Shown in pieces: positions 1 to 12,795 of a DNA stretch of 64,000 nt (positions are counted from its first letter, which is position 1; each line of letters starts with the position of its first letter). The stretch is from contig OZ024741.1 of NCBI GenBank assembly GCA_964016885.1, positions 300,266,001 through 300,330,000 of the forward strand, in the 5' to 3' direction. Under the pieces are notes generated by a model. The model saw only the letters and a program-made list of their open reading frames with translations, ran no database searches and had not been told where the DNA came from. Position numbers and translations under genes: made by a program. Source of the stretch: Eledone cirrhosa (Eukaryota).

Positions 1-2339
1 ATAGAACAGACGGATATATGTAACTAAAACAAGTAATGGAAATAAAATAAGTCACATTAGTTTCTTATATATATTTTGTCTACATATACATTATATATAT
101 TTTGTATACATATACATCTCAGTGTTCTATGTTGGCAATTAAAAATTCTGCCGAGTCTTAAATTGCATAGACCTTTCCCAGACATAATACCCATTTCTTC
201 GAAAGAGCAATGTTTGTAATCTCCACTTACCCCCTGATAAGACCTGGAAGATCTTTATATCTTCCATAATAACACATAAATTATATTACTCTGTTTCAAA
301 TCTTAGATTTTCTTTATGAATGCTGTTGATTTACGCAGGTCCGGGTTTTTAAACGAGTAGCTGTGTACATATAGTAATTTTTTTCTGGTAAGAGTTTACG
401 CCTACGTATTTATACGTCCCCAGATTAATTCTAATTTCACCTTAGTAAGTGATATTTAAAAAATGCGCTTTTCCATTGTGGAGCACATACCGTATTGCTT
501 ACCATTGTATGTTCTCTTTGTGTGTCGATCGGGGTTTGTTTCGATCGAATATTTGAGATGGTATTGTAACAGTACGCACCTACAGACACGCACATACATA
601 CACCCCTATATGTATATATATAACGGTAATATACAGACACGCCAATAGCTCTTGAAACGGAATGAGGTTCCACACTTAGAAAGAAAGTGATCACTTCTCG
701 TATGAGATATATACAGTAAAATGTATTAAGGTAACATATTTCATGTACGTCAACATCACAAACGATATTGAAGCTGTGGCTTTGACACAAATACAATAAT
801 GCATGAATAGTTAAGATGGAAATAGTAAGCCATCATATTCTTCTAACACACGTTTGTAAAATTGTAGGCAGAATTATATAAAGGCATTGGCTCCAAGAAT
901 TGGATGTTAATTTCGTTCATTCGTATATCATCAAAGCAGTATAATATATTTAAAGAAGTAATGCCAGTTAAACGACATCATCATTACATAGCATTTTTAT
1001 GATATTTGAAACATGATGTACCTATAAAGTAGAATAACATTAAATACAACCAGTACGTTTTAAATGAAAACCACCCGATTATATTTCCCTAAGCAGAACT
1101 GAATGAGAAAAAGGTTGAAAGAAAGAAAGTATAGGAAGTGATATGTAGCGGAGGCCAAGAGGAGATTTGCACATAACATTTTGATCGTCGGCTGGATAGT
1201 ACGGACGAATTTGGGTATGACTGGCAACCATTCAACTAATGATTTTAATATTTGCATGTTGGTGATTCGAACGGCTAAAATCCGATATAGTTATTTCTGG
1301 AGCTACGATATGGCATATTCAGACGCATGCCATTTGTAAAGATTAGTAATATCAATTATGTTGGAATTATGTAAGCACCAAATAATGGTAGAAGTGGTGT
1401 ATTTTTCTGACTTTCATATTTAAAAGGATGTAAATATAAATCGTATGTTACTTACACGAGCTAAATATGAATCCTATATAGTTATTTGCGTGTGTTTCTT
1501 TTCTCAGACAACGGTACATTTATACACACTACATTCTCCATGAGGCAATGCAGTTGAAGTGGGACATCTAAAGGAATTCTACAATTACACTTTAATTGGT
1601 TGATCCTGTATTTGTAGATATTCTAGGTAACTTGCACTATTTTGCTATCTGTCAAAGAAAATACAGAAAATGCCTTTTCCCCTATTGCACTCCAGTAATA
1701 CAAATTTTCACCTATGCCAGCTCTACTTCACTAAATGATTACACTAGCAGTAACAGTTCCCATTCTATTATTCAACGTTTTCAATCCTAGCACAAGTAAT
1801 GCTTATCTCACTTTCCTGCTTCGTATTTGCATTCCAAAAAAGCTTTTCGTTTTGTCAACATTGTTTTTCCATCAATCACTCTTCTCTCCGTTATTCGTAA
1901 GTTCTGAAAGTACATTGATTTTCTTGATATGGTATTGTTCCATTTTAATGAAATACACTTTCTGTGTTTGTATATAAATGTTTTTATTATTCTCTAGTAG
2001 ATGTAGCTTTGTAAGCTACTAATGTATCTACACATCCAGTGCCAAGCTAGAAATGTAACTTGACTACGAAACCAACGGTTTTAAACGTCAAGTTAATTAA
2101 AATGGCCTTTCTGAACACTTACATAGACACTCTGAAAAGAGAACTTAGGTCGTATGTTATATAATCTGCATGAGATTTATATAAAGTTTTATATTATTTT
2201 ATTATACCTACACTCGACAATCACTTCACGCCTAAGGTATTTGTGCCATGCAAACCGATTTCGTAAGGGATATGAATGAGTGCGACGCTGCTACCACATG
2301 ATTATATGTACATATATGTCTATATAGTTAATAACGCAT

Positions 2340-3580
2340 ACAAAACAAACACAGGGTTGCAGAAATACACAGTTATATTAGATTCAGGATTCGAGGAAAT
2401 GGAGGAGAATTCGATTTTCGGACAGAAGTCCTTCATCAGGAAATTGGGATAAGGAGATAAGGAGATAACAGGTAATGTGTAAAAGTTAGGAAAGGAAGTT
2501 AGAAAAAGGGTGTTGGGAGGAGATTGATGTGAGCAAACTGGTGTGTTTGTGTATGTTGGTTCTCAGGGATTTATGTGCATGTGTGTGCGTGTGAGTGTGT
2601 GTGAGTGCATGTGTGCGGGGGTGTGGTGGGTGGGGGCGTTTCTTCTAAGTACCTGAATGTATACGATTGTGTGTGTCTGTATTATCACATGTATGTTGGG
2701 TGAGTGTGTATGAGTGTGTCCACATTCGTGTGTGTGTAAGTGAGTTTTCTATTAGTTCTATATATGTGAGTGTGTAAGTTTGTGTGTGTGTATATATATT
2801 TTCGCGTGTGTGGCGAATGAGTGTGTGTATCTGTATATGTGTGTATGTGTATCTGCGCGGGTGTTGGTGGTTTTGTATTACCTGAAGAGGGAAGTTTTGT
2901 GAACGTGTGTGTTTGTTTGTGTATGTCTGTGTGTGTGTGTTACTTCTATGCATTTGACTTTTTTCTAGTGTTTATGTGTTAGTGTGTATTTTCACGTGTG
3001 TGCCGGATGATTGAGTGTGTACGTTTGTGTGTGTGTGAGTGTGCGTGTATTTTCGACGTGTCTGTTGGAAGACTGTGTGTATATGTGTATGTTTGTGTAC
3101 CCATGAGCGTTGTGGTTATGTGTTAGGTCAGTAGCGGAAGGAATTCATGTGCATGTGAGTTTCTGAATGGGTATGTATGTGTGTGTCGGTGTATTCATAT
3201 GTAGTCCAGTCAAGATATGTGGTCAAGAGTCGTTGAACGATGTCCAGAAACATTTTGGTGAGAGCAGAAGTGGGGAAGAGAGACGGAAAAGGGGTTGACT
3301 AACGCAAAACGGAAATGGGATGGAGCTGTGGTGGTAGCGTGTGTTTATGTGTGTGTATGTGCGTGTGTGTATGTGTGTGTAGTAGTTACGAGGTGCAGAC
3401 AATAGTGTAGGTTAAATGTAAGGGGAGTGCAGTGTATGTATATGTAGGTGATAGGGAGGAAGGTTGATGGCCGGTGAGGTGGGGAGGAACTTGTGATTTG
3501 TGTGGAGGGTGGTGGGTTCGTCAGTTTGTCAGTGCAGTTGATGGGGTTAACGGATAGTCATGTGTGTGACAGGTAAATTG
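2340..3580 (-). mobile_element. Decayed (GT)-rich repeat with a pLTR-like end containing a hammerhead core; probably a non-autonomous Penelope-related element
   Basis: Minus strand 2416-2439 reads CTGATGA-A-GGAC-TTCT-GTCC-GAAA. The remainder is degenerate GT-rich sequence with no credible ORF. Confidence 0.4.
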
Positions 3581-3587
3581 TTAGTGT

Positions 3588-4790
3588 GTGTTGTTGAAGA
3601 GGCTACCACAACACGTAAGCTCTATACTCAGAGAAGAGCAAGTAGGTTTCCGAAACAGCCACTTGCGCACTGAACACATCTTTACACTGCGCAACATCAT
3701 TGAGCGATACTTTGAGCTGCAAAAGCCGCTGGTGATCAACTTCCTCGACGATCACAAAGGATTTGCCAGCGTACACATGGAGTCGCTGCGGAGCAATGTC
3801 GCTGGTATGCCATTCCTCACGGGTTGGCCTGTACGCCAACTCTTGTGGAATGGCATACTACGCATTATAATAGAATCCGGTATAACAGGGTTCTTTGACA
3901 TCATCACCGGGGTCAGGCAAGGCTGCACCCTTTCTCTCTTGTTGGTCTTGCTGGTAGCTGATTTCGTATTAACTGCCAACGAAGCCGGTCACAGAATCTT
4001 GTGGACAGGGCAATCAATGCTGAAAGACCTTGATTTTACAGATGATTTCGCCTTGCTAGTTGAGTACAGTACAAACCTGCAGGAGCTAACATCCTCCCTG
4101 CAGCTGAACGCCGAGACGATAGGGTGAATTGTCAATACCCAAAATATCAAGATTATGAAGGTGGGAAATGACGCCGGCCAGGGGACTGCAGTGGAGGTAA
4201 ACCAAAAAGAGCTGGACGATATCGACCACTTGACAGCATACTGATCAACATTGGTGACATCGAGATGGACATCAGCTGCAGGATTAGAAGGCAACCATGA
4301 CGTTCCCACGGATGCACTTGATTTGGTGAAACGCAGCTATTAGCATGTACATCAAGCTGGACTTCTACAACCGCATTGTGCTTCGCACGGCCACATATGC
4401 CTGCGAAACGTGGAAATACGCTGCCTGGAAGTATAGGCATCTAAACACTTTCCTTCAAATGTACCGCTGTAAGGTTGTAAAGATCACATGGTGAGATCGT
4501 GATAGGAATGAAAAGATCCTGCAGATAACAGGGTCACGTACTCTATATGAGATCGTCAAGACTCGGTTTTGTAGGTCACCTTCAGTGCCTCACAGAACAT
4601 TACCAGTCTCACCGAAGACTAGCGGAAAAGAATTCGACAGAGGCTGATCTGGCGACGGATATTTCAACTCGATCTACAAACCGTGAACATCAACTGGCAC
4701 GGATATCAACGAGCTTCCACCGACCGTCAGCATTGGAGACAATTGGTTGACATGTATTCCCGACGGAACAAACCGGACTGCGATCTCTAG
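3588..4790 (+). pseudogene. 5'-truncated, decayed RTE-like LINE (RT domain and 3' end)
   Basis: Translated motifs EEQVGFR, EHIFTLRNIIE, GVRQGCTLS and DLDFTDDFALL (YADD box). Stops and frameshifts follow 4127. Confidence 0.85.
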
Positions 4791-4804
4791 TATAAATATA
4801 CCTA

Positions 4805-4819
4805 TACACACACACGCGC

Positions 4820-4917
<98 letters not shown>
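4805..4917. repeat. Compound (CA)n(TA)n(TG)n microsatellite, self-complementary
   Basis: Read directly from the sequence. Confidence 0.95.
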
Positions 4918-4918
<1 letters not shown>

Positions 4919-5106
4919 GTGTTTTGCAACGAAAGAACTTTGTTAGACTATATATATGTGTTTATATCTGTATTATATCTGTAACTTTGACCGTTGGTCA
5001 GTCAATGGTAAACATTGAGGACCGAATGAATTAACTGAAATAAAAGATACAGAAGCGAAAACCAACCAGACAGTGAGTGTGTTCTGTTATTAATTCTGGC
5101 AATATT

Positions 5107-5288
5107 TTGGCAGTATCGGTAGAAGGTCGGACGCCATGCTTTCCAGCATAGTTACGTCCCTTTACGATCTGAGTTCAAATCCCGCCGAGGTTGACTTTGC
5201 CTTTCATCCTTACGGGGTCGATAAAATAAAGTACCAGTAATGCACTGGGTAACTGCTGGCCTTGTGCCTAACGTAGAAACAATTATTA
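5107..5288 (+). mobile_element. tRNA-derived SINE, family A, near full length
   Basis: Box-B-like GAGTTCAAATCCC, body GAGGTTGACTTTGCCTTTCATCCTTACGGGGTCGATAAAATAAAGTACCAG, 3' end GTAGAAACAATTATT. At least 9 copies in the window. Confidence 0.85.
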
Positions 5289-5360
5289 CAACAATATGAC
5301 CTTCCCCCAAGTATAACAATATTTGTTTCGACACACGATTTAATATCAAAAACATCGCAA

Positions 5361-5415
<55 letters not shown>

Positions 5416-6289
5416 TCTAATGATTATGATAATATATATTATATGTATGATGAACAACTCTCAGCAGAATAGCTAAATGGACATTTGTCAAAAGCATCGG
5501 TAATTTAAATTTAAAAAATATATGCATATAGTCATATATCTTTTATGAAAATACATTTAAATCTGTCAGAATTTATCGTCAGATAAAATCGTTTTATTAT
5601 ATGTTCCAGTAAAGTACAAAAGCCCTCTATATCTCTCATATTCCGCGAAGTATTCAATCCATACCTAGTATCTGAATTAACTTTTAACAGTGACGACAGA
5701 TACAGCTGGATGTCGTATCTGCTTGAAAGATGTGCCATGTACCAGTCACAGTACAAGCAGATCAATGAATTAAGAATTTGGAGCAGATCTATATTAATTT
5801 AAAGTATTATAACATATATAATATATATGATGAATATGTTTCTTAGCAGAAAATCTCAATGGACGTTTGTCCAGGGCATCAACAATTTTAATTAAATAAT
5901 ATATGTATATAATTATACATCAATAGAGACACATACTATTTGGTACATATATATAAAAAGCATACTTTTAAGAAAGAGTATGTACTTTATAAAGGAAAAG
6001 TTATTATTTCCCTTACGGCCGCAGTTTCATAGTTCGTGGCGGCGAGGTATGGAGTGACTACTTCTTGGAACTTGCCAGATATAAATGTATTTTCACTTTA
6101 TTGGAACATAATAAAATGCTTTCCTTTGACGATCAATTCTACGTCTTCCGGAACTATACACAAATCGATAGTTGATCAATGATGATCGATTGCTTAGATA
6201 GATTTTCTCAGCGGTTCGACGAACCTTGAAACGGTGGCAGTAAGGGTGATAACAACCTTTCAATATACTGTTTCCTAAATGTCGTGTAC

Positions 6290-6495
6290 CCTTCATGAAG
6301 TTCTCAGAGAGGTTTCAGCATGACACAGAATATGACATGACTTGTGCTTCGTATTACATGTACAACTCCTTTTTGCCAGCTGGAGCAACGTGAAATAAAG
6401 TATCTTGTTCAAGGACACAACGCACTACCGAGAAGCAAACTGAATTATTTTACAATTGTAAGTCGAATACCCTAATCACAAAGTAACGTGCCTTT
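6290..6495 (-). mobile_element. tRNA-derived SINE, family B, decayed
   Basis: GGAGCAACGTGAAATAAAGTATCTTGTTCAAGGACACAACGCA is the near reverse complement of 34200-34242. Confidence 0.7.
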
Positions 6496-6897
6496 AGACA
6501 TATGTATATTTAATTCAAATTTTAAAATATATGTATGTAGCCATATATCATTAGAGAAACACATAGTATTTTGCACTGTTGGCTTCGACGTCGAATGCAA
6601 CAGTTGAAACTAACAAATTAAACTGCTACCACCTCTGTTGGTCAACACTAACAGAGAACAAAAGAAAACTTCGGACACAAATATGAACTTTCCTCTCTAA
6701 ATATGTATGTAAAAACTAAATTTTGTTTTCTCAATGTTATTATTATTCGTATAAATATGCAATTTAACTGCACTATCTTCCGTCGTTGAAAACGCATATA
6801 AGGCTGAAACCGGAAATCCCTACATTATAAATAAATGTTTTGATATTATAACGAAAATATCGCTCCAACATGTTCTACTGTATTATTTTCCGTTTAA

Positions 6898-7082
6898 TGG
6901 TGGATTGGCAGTATCGGTAGAGGGTCGGACGCCATGCTTTGACGCAAAGAGTTACGGCCCTTGCCATTCTGAGTTCAAAACCCGCCGAGGTTAACTTTGC
7001 CTTTCATCCTTACGGGGTCGATAAAATAAAGTACCAGTAATGCACTGTGATAATTCCTGGCCTGGTGCCAAAAGTAGAAACA
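6898..7082 (+). mobile_element. SINE family A, full length, with 16-bp target-site duplication
   Basis: ATTATTTTCCGTTTAA occurs at both 6882-6897 and 7083-7098. Confidence 0.9.
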
Positions 7083-7142
7083 ATTATTTTCCGTTTAACC
7101 ATTTGTTTATATATATCAGCTTGTGTGTCATTTTTCTACATC

Positions 7143-7189
<47 letters not shown>

Positions 7190-7192
<3 letters not shown>

Positions 7193-7266
7193 CCCACTCT
7201 ACTACCCTAAGTATTGAGTACTTTGGTGCATTATGGTCCACCTTGTTCCTTACCACATTTCCTTCG

Positions 7267-7270
<4 letters not shown>
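7190..7270 (+). repeat. Short dispersed repeat (pLTR-like tail) inside (TA)n
   Basis: TACCCACTCTACTACCCTAAGTATTGAGTACTTTGGTGC recurs at 35966-36045 and, more diverged, at 35164-35200. Confidence 0.75.
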
Positions 7271-7356
<86 letters not shown>

Positions 7357-9352
7357 TAGCCGTAGCACTAACATAATATGGTTCATAATAGGCTGTAAAT
7401 ATAGGAGTATACGGTATGTTTATAAACACAGAAGAGCCTCACTATCAGTATTGTAGGCTGTAATCATGCCACTATATCCGTTACTTCAGTCACAAATGAA
7501 AGACGCTGCTCTATATTTGACAGAAGGCAATCATTATTTAGATAGGCAATTACTCAATGATAATTAGCTCCGCTGGCTAGGTACACATCGATGTTAAACT
7601 AAATGAGATTTACACACGTAATTTGCAAGATTCATAGAGCTACGAATGACCGTTTTAATGCAGTAATTATATATTTTCATAAGCAGTATAAAATCTGAAA
7701 TGTTTAACGTACTATTACAGTGTCTGTTCCATGTAAATATATTGCTGAATCTACCTTTTAATGCATTTTACTAAGAAAATTGCACATTAGGGAAGAAAGA
7801 AAACTCGATGTATTTTAAATTCCTCTCAAAGGGACGAAATAAATATAGCTATAGCAGTCCAGGGTTTTGATCATCAAATTAATAAAAAGCAAATATTAAT
7901 GGCACGACGAGAGTTTGGGTCACAACGTCTGTTTTTTCTTTCCTCACAGCTCTCTTCATAATACATGTAATTTTTTATGTGATCTTGAGAGATACCTTTT
8001 CGAAAGAAGTGTAGATTAAGATACATAAGTATTTCAAACATAACAATTATCATCTTCAAGAACGCATCACAAATATTCTACTGCAATTCTAATTCACAAT
8101 CGTGAAATGTGTTTAAAAATTTGTTAAAATGTTGTGCATATGCATGTTATTATTTGAAATCTTCCACTTTATAAAATGTGATTTTAACACGTAAAAAACT
8201 GACAGAAAATGTTGATTAAATGATAATGTTAAGTAGTTGACAGAAAATGAGAAACCTATGTTAATTAGAGATGGAGAAGCGCACTAAGTGCAAAGCGATT
8301 ATTGTGATTTGTGACGCTGGTTTTGTTGAAAAGATTCCTCATAACCCTTTGATCCGCTGAATGCGAGCCGTGATATAAATGCAAATGGAAATTTCAACTG
8401 TTGATTAATTACAGCGAAAAACTGAAAACCAATGTGCAGCGTAATCAGAAGACGTGACAGCTTCTGTAAGTCCCAATTGAATGCTCCTTTTAATCAATTA
8501 CAATTGCAGCTACTACACTGCTTTGAATAGACCATATTACATTATATTATACAGATTATATTAGATTGTATTAAAAATCATGAAACATCTAGTGAAGATG
8601 GCTGTGAAATAGTTGAATAGTTGAATGATAATGTTGAGACTCAGATATCTTCTAATCGAACGAAATGATTTGAATATGATGTGAATATGACCATTCTTTC
8701 AACGCTAACGTTTGGAAAGGTCTAATACGTATATAGACATCGTTAATGCAACGCTAGAGAGAAACTGGCAGATAGTAGCAACAGCAGGAGATTTCGAACA
8801 TATTCAGCTCCGGATATGGGTTATACGTAAATTAATTTATATTTTGTTTTAATATTTTACTGGTTTCCGCAAATTGAATGCGATCATGCTGGGGCACCGC
8901 ATTAAATGAGTTTAGTCGGCCGTTTCAATAGCGATAAGTACCATAAGCAGTATGCAACTTAATATTAATGAAGGGAATCATTATTTTATTCAAGAGCGAG
9001 TGTCGTAACGTAAACGTTAAGTACCAATGATATACCTTCTCGGTTCTGATTACGATGCTTAAGAGAGGTTAAGTCATATTAATTATTATGTAAATGCTGT
9101 GAAAGAAGACATCGACTCAGCTAGTTTCTACTTCACTGACGCTAAGTGATCAAGTTATCAAATATTCAACGTTTGCATAACATTGAAATATGTGTAATAC
9201 ATACAATATCGATTGGTTGATTTATATATAAACTATTTAGTTAGGAATTCAATTGTATGAATTTTGTATTTACCCACCATGTGGATCTTATATATACTAC
9301 TGCAAACAACTAACTGCAATTTAAACTTCAATAGATTTATATCAAATACACT

Positions 9353-9384
9353 TACTACTACTACTACGAATGCTGCTGCTGCTG

Positions 9385-9468
<84 letters not shown>
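9353..9468. repeat. (ACT)n/(GCT)n trinucleotide microsatellite
   Basis: Read directly; it explains the poly-T and poly-V ORFs. Confidence 0.95.
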
Positions 9469-9721
9469 TCATAATTATAAGAATTTTATTTCAGATGCAT
9501 CTGACTTTGGACTCTAAACTATTCAATGTCAAGAAATCGGATTATAAGATTTTTAATTTTCCAGAATGATGTTTAAAAATATTAGTGCTGTAGACATTAC
9601 ATTTAGTTCGACAATTTAAAGATTAATATTAAATCTTCTCATTATTATATAAGTCTTTTATCTATGATATTATTACAGTTGAATATTGAAATTCCTTTTA
9701 TAGTATTAATGATGTGGATAT

Positions 9722-10045
9722 AGCATGGCCGAATAGTTAAGAATATTGCATTGTAACCAATAGATCCAGAGTATAATTCTACTCTACAGCATCTCTAGGG
9801 AAAGTATAATTTAGTTTACATTCGAGTCGACCCTTTCTTTATGTGTGAAATGTGGTAGGCCAAAGCTGTATAAAGTCACATTTGATTGGCTGCACCTGAA
9901 ATTCAACAGGACCGTTCATGTGGCAAAATGTCTAACACTGAATCCTCCCAAGAATTACATTAAGAGTACACGATTCTGTAGAATGCTCAATCTTTACATA
10001 TTAATATAATCAGCAGACTGTTCTTTTGCTCAAATAGGCGCTGTG
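9722..10045 (+). mobile_element. Old, highly decayed SINE (family B-like)
   Basis: tRNA-like head GCATGGCCGAATAGTTAAG and weak similarity to the other family-B copies. Confidence 0.4.
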
Positions 10046-10553
10046 AAAACGTACGGCGTTTCATGGGCATCATAGTAAAACTCTTCTCTCCAGGTCAAAA
10101 CATGGCCCTTATTATTTTCTCCCGAGAAGCAAAGAAAATTAGAGAGAGAAAGAGATATAAAGGAAACATCTACAACGAAAAGATAAAAGATAAAGTTAAC
10201 CGAGGCAGAATTTTAACTAAGAGGGTAGAGCCAGAAAGAATGTCACAAATAATATATTCCCTTTTTCCATTGAGGCTGCAAATAATATAGACTACAACAA
10301 TTTTCTGGTACTTATCTTTTCAATGCAGAAGGATAGAATACATAATTGAAGTCACTCTGCAGATTTGAACTCGTGAAAAAAAGGGATTTAACAACATCTA
10401 CGATGTTCTAATCATTCGAGCTCTCTACCGTTTATCTGTTTACCATTAATTTTGTTTTCTCTTAGCCATCTTTTGTATTTTCACATTTATAAATATCAAG
10501 TATACTTGAACATCTATTTTCAATATTAATTGAGTTAGCTCAATGTCTAAGTG

Positions 10554-10726
<173 letters not shown>

Positions 10727-10729
10727 TAT

Positions 10730-11146
10730 AAAATTAAATTAAATTAAGGGCCATGTCCGAGACTTGCGCCATATCCATCGTAGAATAAGCTCAAAGATTC
10801 CAATGAATAGATCCGAGCATTTTATATCAACTAGAAATTGATTGACATATATATATATATAAAATAAACACATGGGATTATTTGTAAAGTGTATAAGCAC
10901 ACACAGCTAGGTAGGTAACTAATTAAAGTTTAACTAGAACTTCAAATATTACTTTTTAAAAATGATTAATCTTCCTTGTATATATTTCATTAAAGAAATA
11001 TATATTCACCATTAATCCGTAAACTCACAGTAGTGGAAATCTGCGAATGACCCGTCGCACGTGTTGCATTTTTTAAACTACACACATCGTGCCACCGCCA
11101 TATCCACCGATGCATGCACCATATCCATTGTTTCATGTGTTTATTT

Positions 11147-11180
<34 letters not shown>

Positions 11181-11537
11181 TAAACGGAATAGAAAATGCT
11201 GACAAATTGTTCACAGTTGAAAAATGGTTTAATTAGGAATAAAAGAGTATTAGTGATTGTATGGGTTAGTATTCAGTTGTGGTTTAAAGTTTTTAAGTTT
11301 TTACCGGTTGCGCATTTCTAAATGCTTTTCAAAAATAATTTTGAGATAGAGTGTCCGTGCTGTTTGCTCTGATCAACCGGTAAAAACTTAAAAACTTTAA
11401 ACCACAACTGAATACTAACCCATACAATCACTAATACTCTTTTATTCCTAATTAAACCATTTTTCAACTGTGAACAATTTGTCAGCATTTTCTATTCCGT
11501 TTACCAATATATAATAACTTGTGTGTTACACCTCTAT

Positions 11538-11610
<73 letters not shown>

Positions 11611-12155
11611 AATCAATTTCTAGTTGATATAAAATGCTCGGATCTATTCATTGGAATCTTTCAGCTTATTCTACGGTGAATATGGTGCATGTCTCGGACA
11701 TGACCCTTAAATTAATTTAATTTTGGATAAATACACGGCCCCTTAATTGTAGAGCTAACTCAGTTGAAAGGACTCGGCTGCTATTTCTAGCTGTCGATAA
11801 CCCTATTCACGCCACTGGGATGACGCTGGCACGATGTGTGTAGTTTTAAAAATGCAACACGTGTAGATTTGCAATGGATGTGTAAACACAGATAGTTAAA
11901 TCTTCTCCCTTGATGAAGATCCGAGTTTCGACGAATGTGGGTTTACGGATTAATGGTTAAATATATTTCTTTAATAAAATATATACAAGGAAGATTAAGC
12001 ATTTTTAAAAGGTAATATTTGAAGTTCTAGTTAAACTTTAATTAGTTACCTACCTAGCTGTGTGTGCTTACAAACTTTGCAAATTACCCCCCGTGATTGT
12101 TTCATGTGTTTATTTTAAATATATATAATTGATGTCAATCAATTTCTAGTTGATA
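10730..12155. repeat. Nested inverted-repeat complex embedded in (TA)n
   Basis: Inverted pairs: 10730-10850 with 11606-11725, 10861-11030 with 11935-12118, and 11058-11095 with 11825-11863. The 10730 family recurs at 36062-36165 and 36680-36785. Confidence 0.85.
11177..11543. mobile_element. Fold-back Penelope-like pLTR fragment: perfect 134-bp inverted repeat plus a short extension
   Basis: Arms 11177-11310 and 11374-11507 are exact reverse complements with a 63-bp spacer. Hammerhead-like motif on the minus strand at 11298-11336. (TA)n on both sides. Confidence 0.75.
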
Positions 12156-12692
12156 TATATATATATATTAGAAAGTGAGTTTTTTTTACAAAATAAAAAA
12201 TAACCGAGGTGTCATACACGAGTGAAAGTATAAGGAAAAAAGATGAAATCGAAAATGCAACTGGAGTCTTTCTTTTTAAATATATATTTATTTGGTTCTT
12301 TTACCGATTTCGCAGAAATTCTACTTTTCAAAAGTAGAATTGAGATGGAGGGCCTGTGGTTTCCCTCACATTTTTTAAATAAAATAATTGGAAAGACATT
12401 CTCATTTTTTAATAATTGACATATGTGTCAGTGATGTCATAAGATGGGGATATCCTAGCCGTGAAAAAAATATTAATTGTAAACGAGACAATATAATATG
12501 TTGGTGTGTGAATAGAAAAGGAATGGCATAATTTACATGCATATGCATTTATATGAATTCTCCTATTTCGGCAGCATATATACAAAACGCATATATTTAC
12601 TTAACACCAAATTTGCTAAAACCTCTATATCACACCCACTTATTCTGATACCTTATTTATCCATATTCTTTACGTTGTAAACAATAGGTGTA

Positions 12693-12795
12693 AATAATTG
12701 TTTCTACTTTTAGGAACAAGGCCAGCAAATACCTAGTACATTACTGGTACTTTATTTTATCGACCCTGTAAGGATGAAAGGCAAAGTCAACCTCG
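12693..12795 (-). mobile_element. SINE family A, 5'-truncated
   Basis: Reverse complement of the family-A 3' half. Confidence 0.85.

Noticed and set aside
1060-1380. Possible Tc1/mariner transposase remnant (PNSSVLS resembling PNSPDL)
   Set aside because: One weak motif only, with no TIRs or further support.
2411-2446. Hammerhead core CTGATGA-A-GGAC-TTCT-GTCC-GAAA as an active ribozyme
   Set aside because: Core and stem II are good, but no stem I partner follows the putative cleavage site. Kept only as evidence for a pLTR.
2645-2953. His/Thr-rich ORF and similar CVCV or THTH ORFs across the window
   Set aside because: They derive from (CA)/(GT) repeats.
5445-5940. Diverged ~90-bp direct repeats (about 5447-5540 and 5827-5920)
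   Set aside because: They look like an old local duplication with no coding or structural signal.
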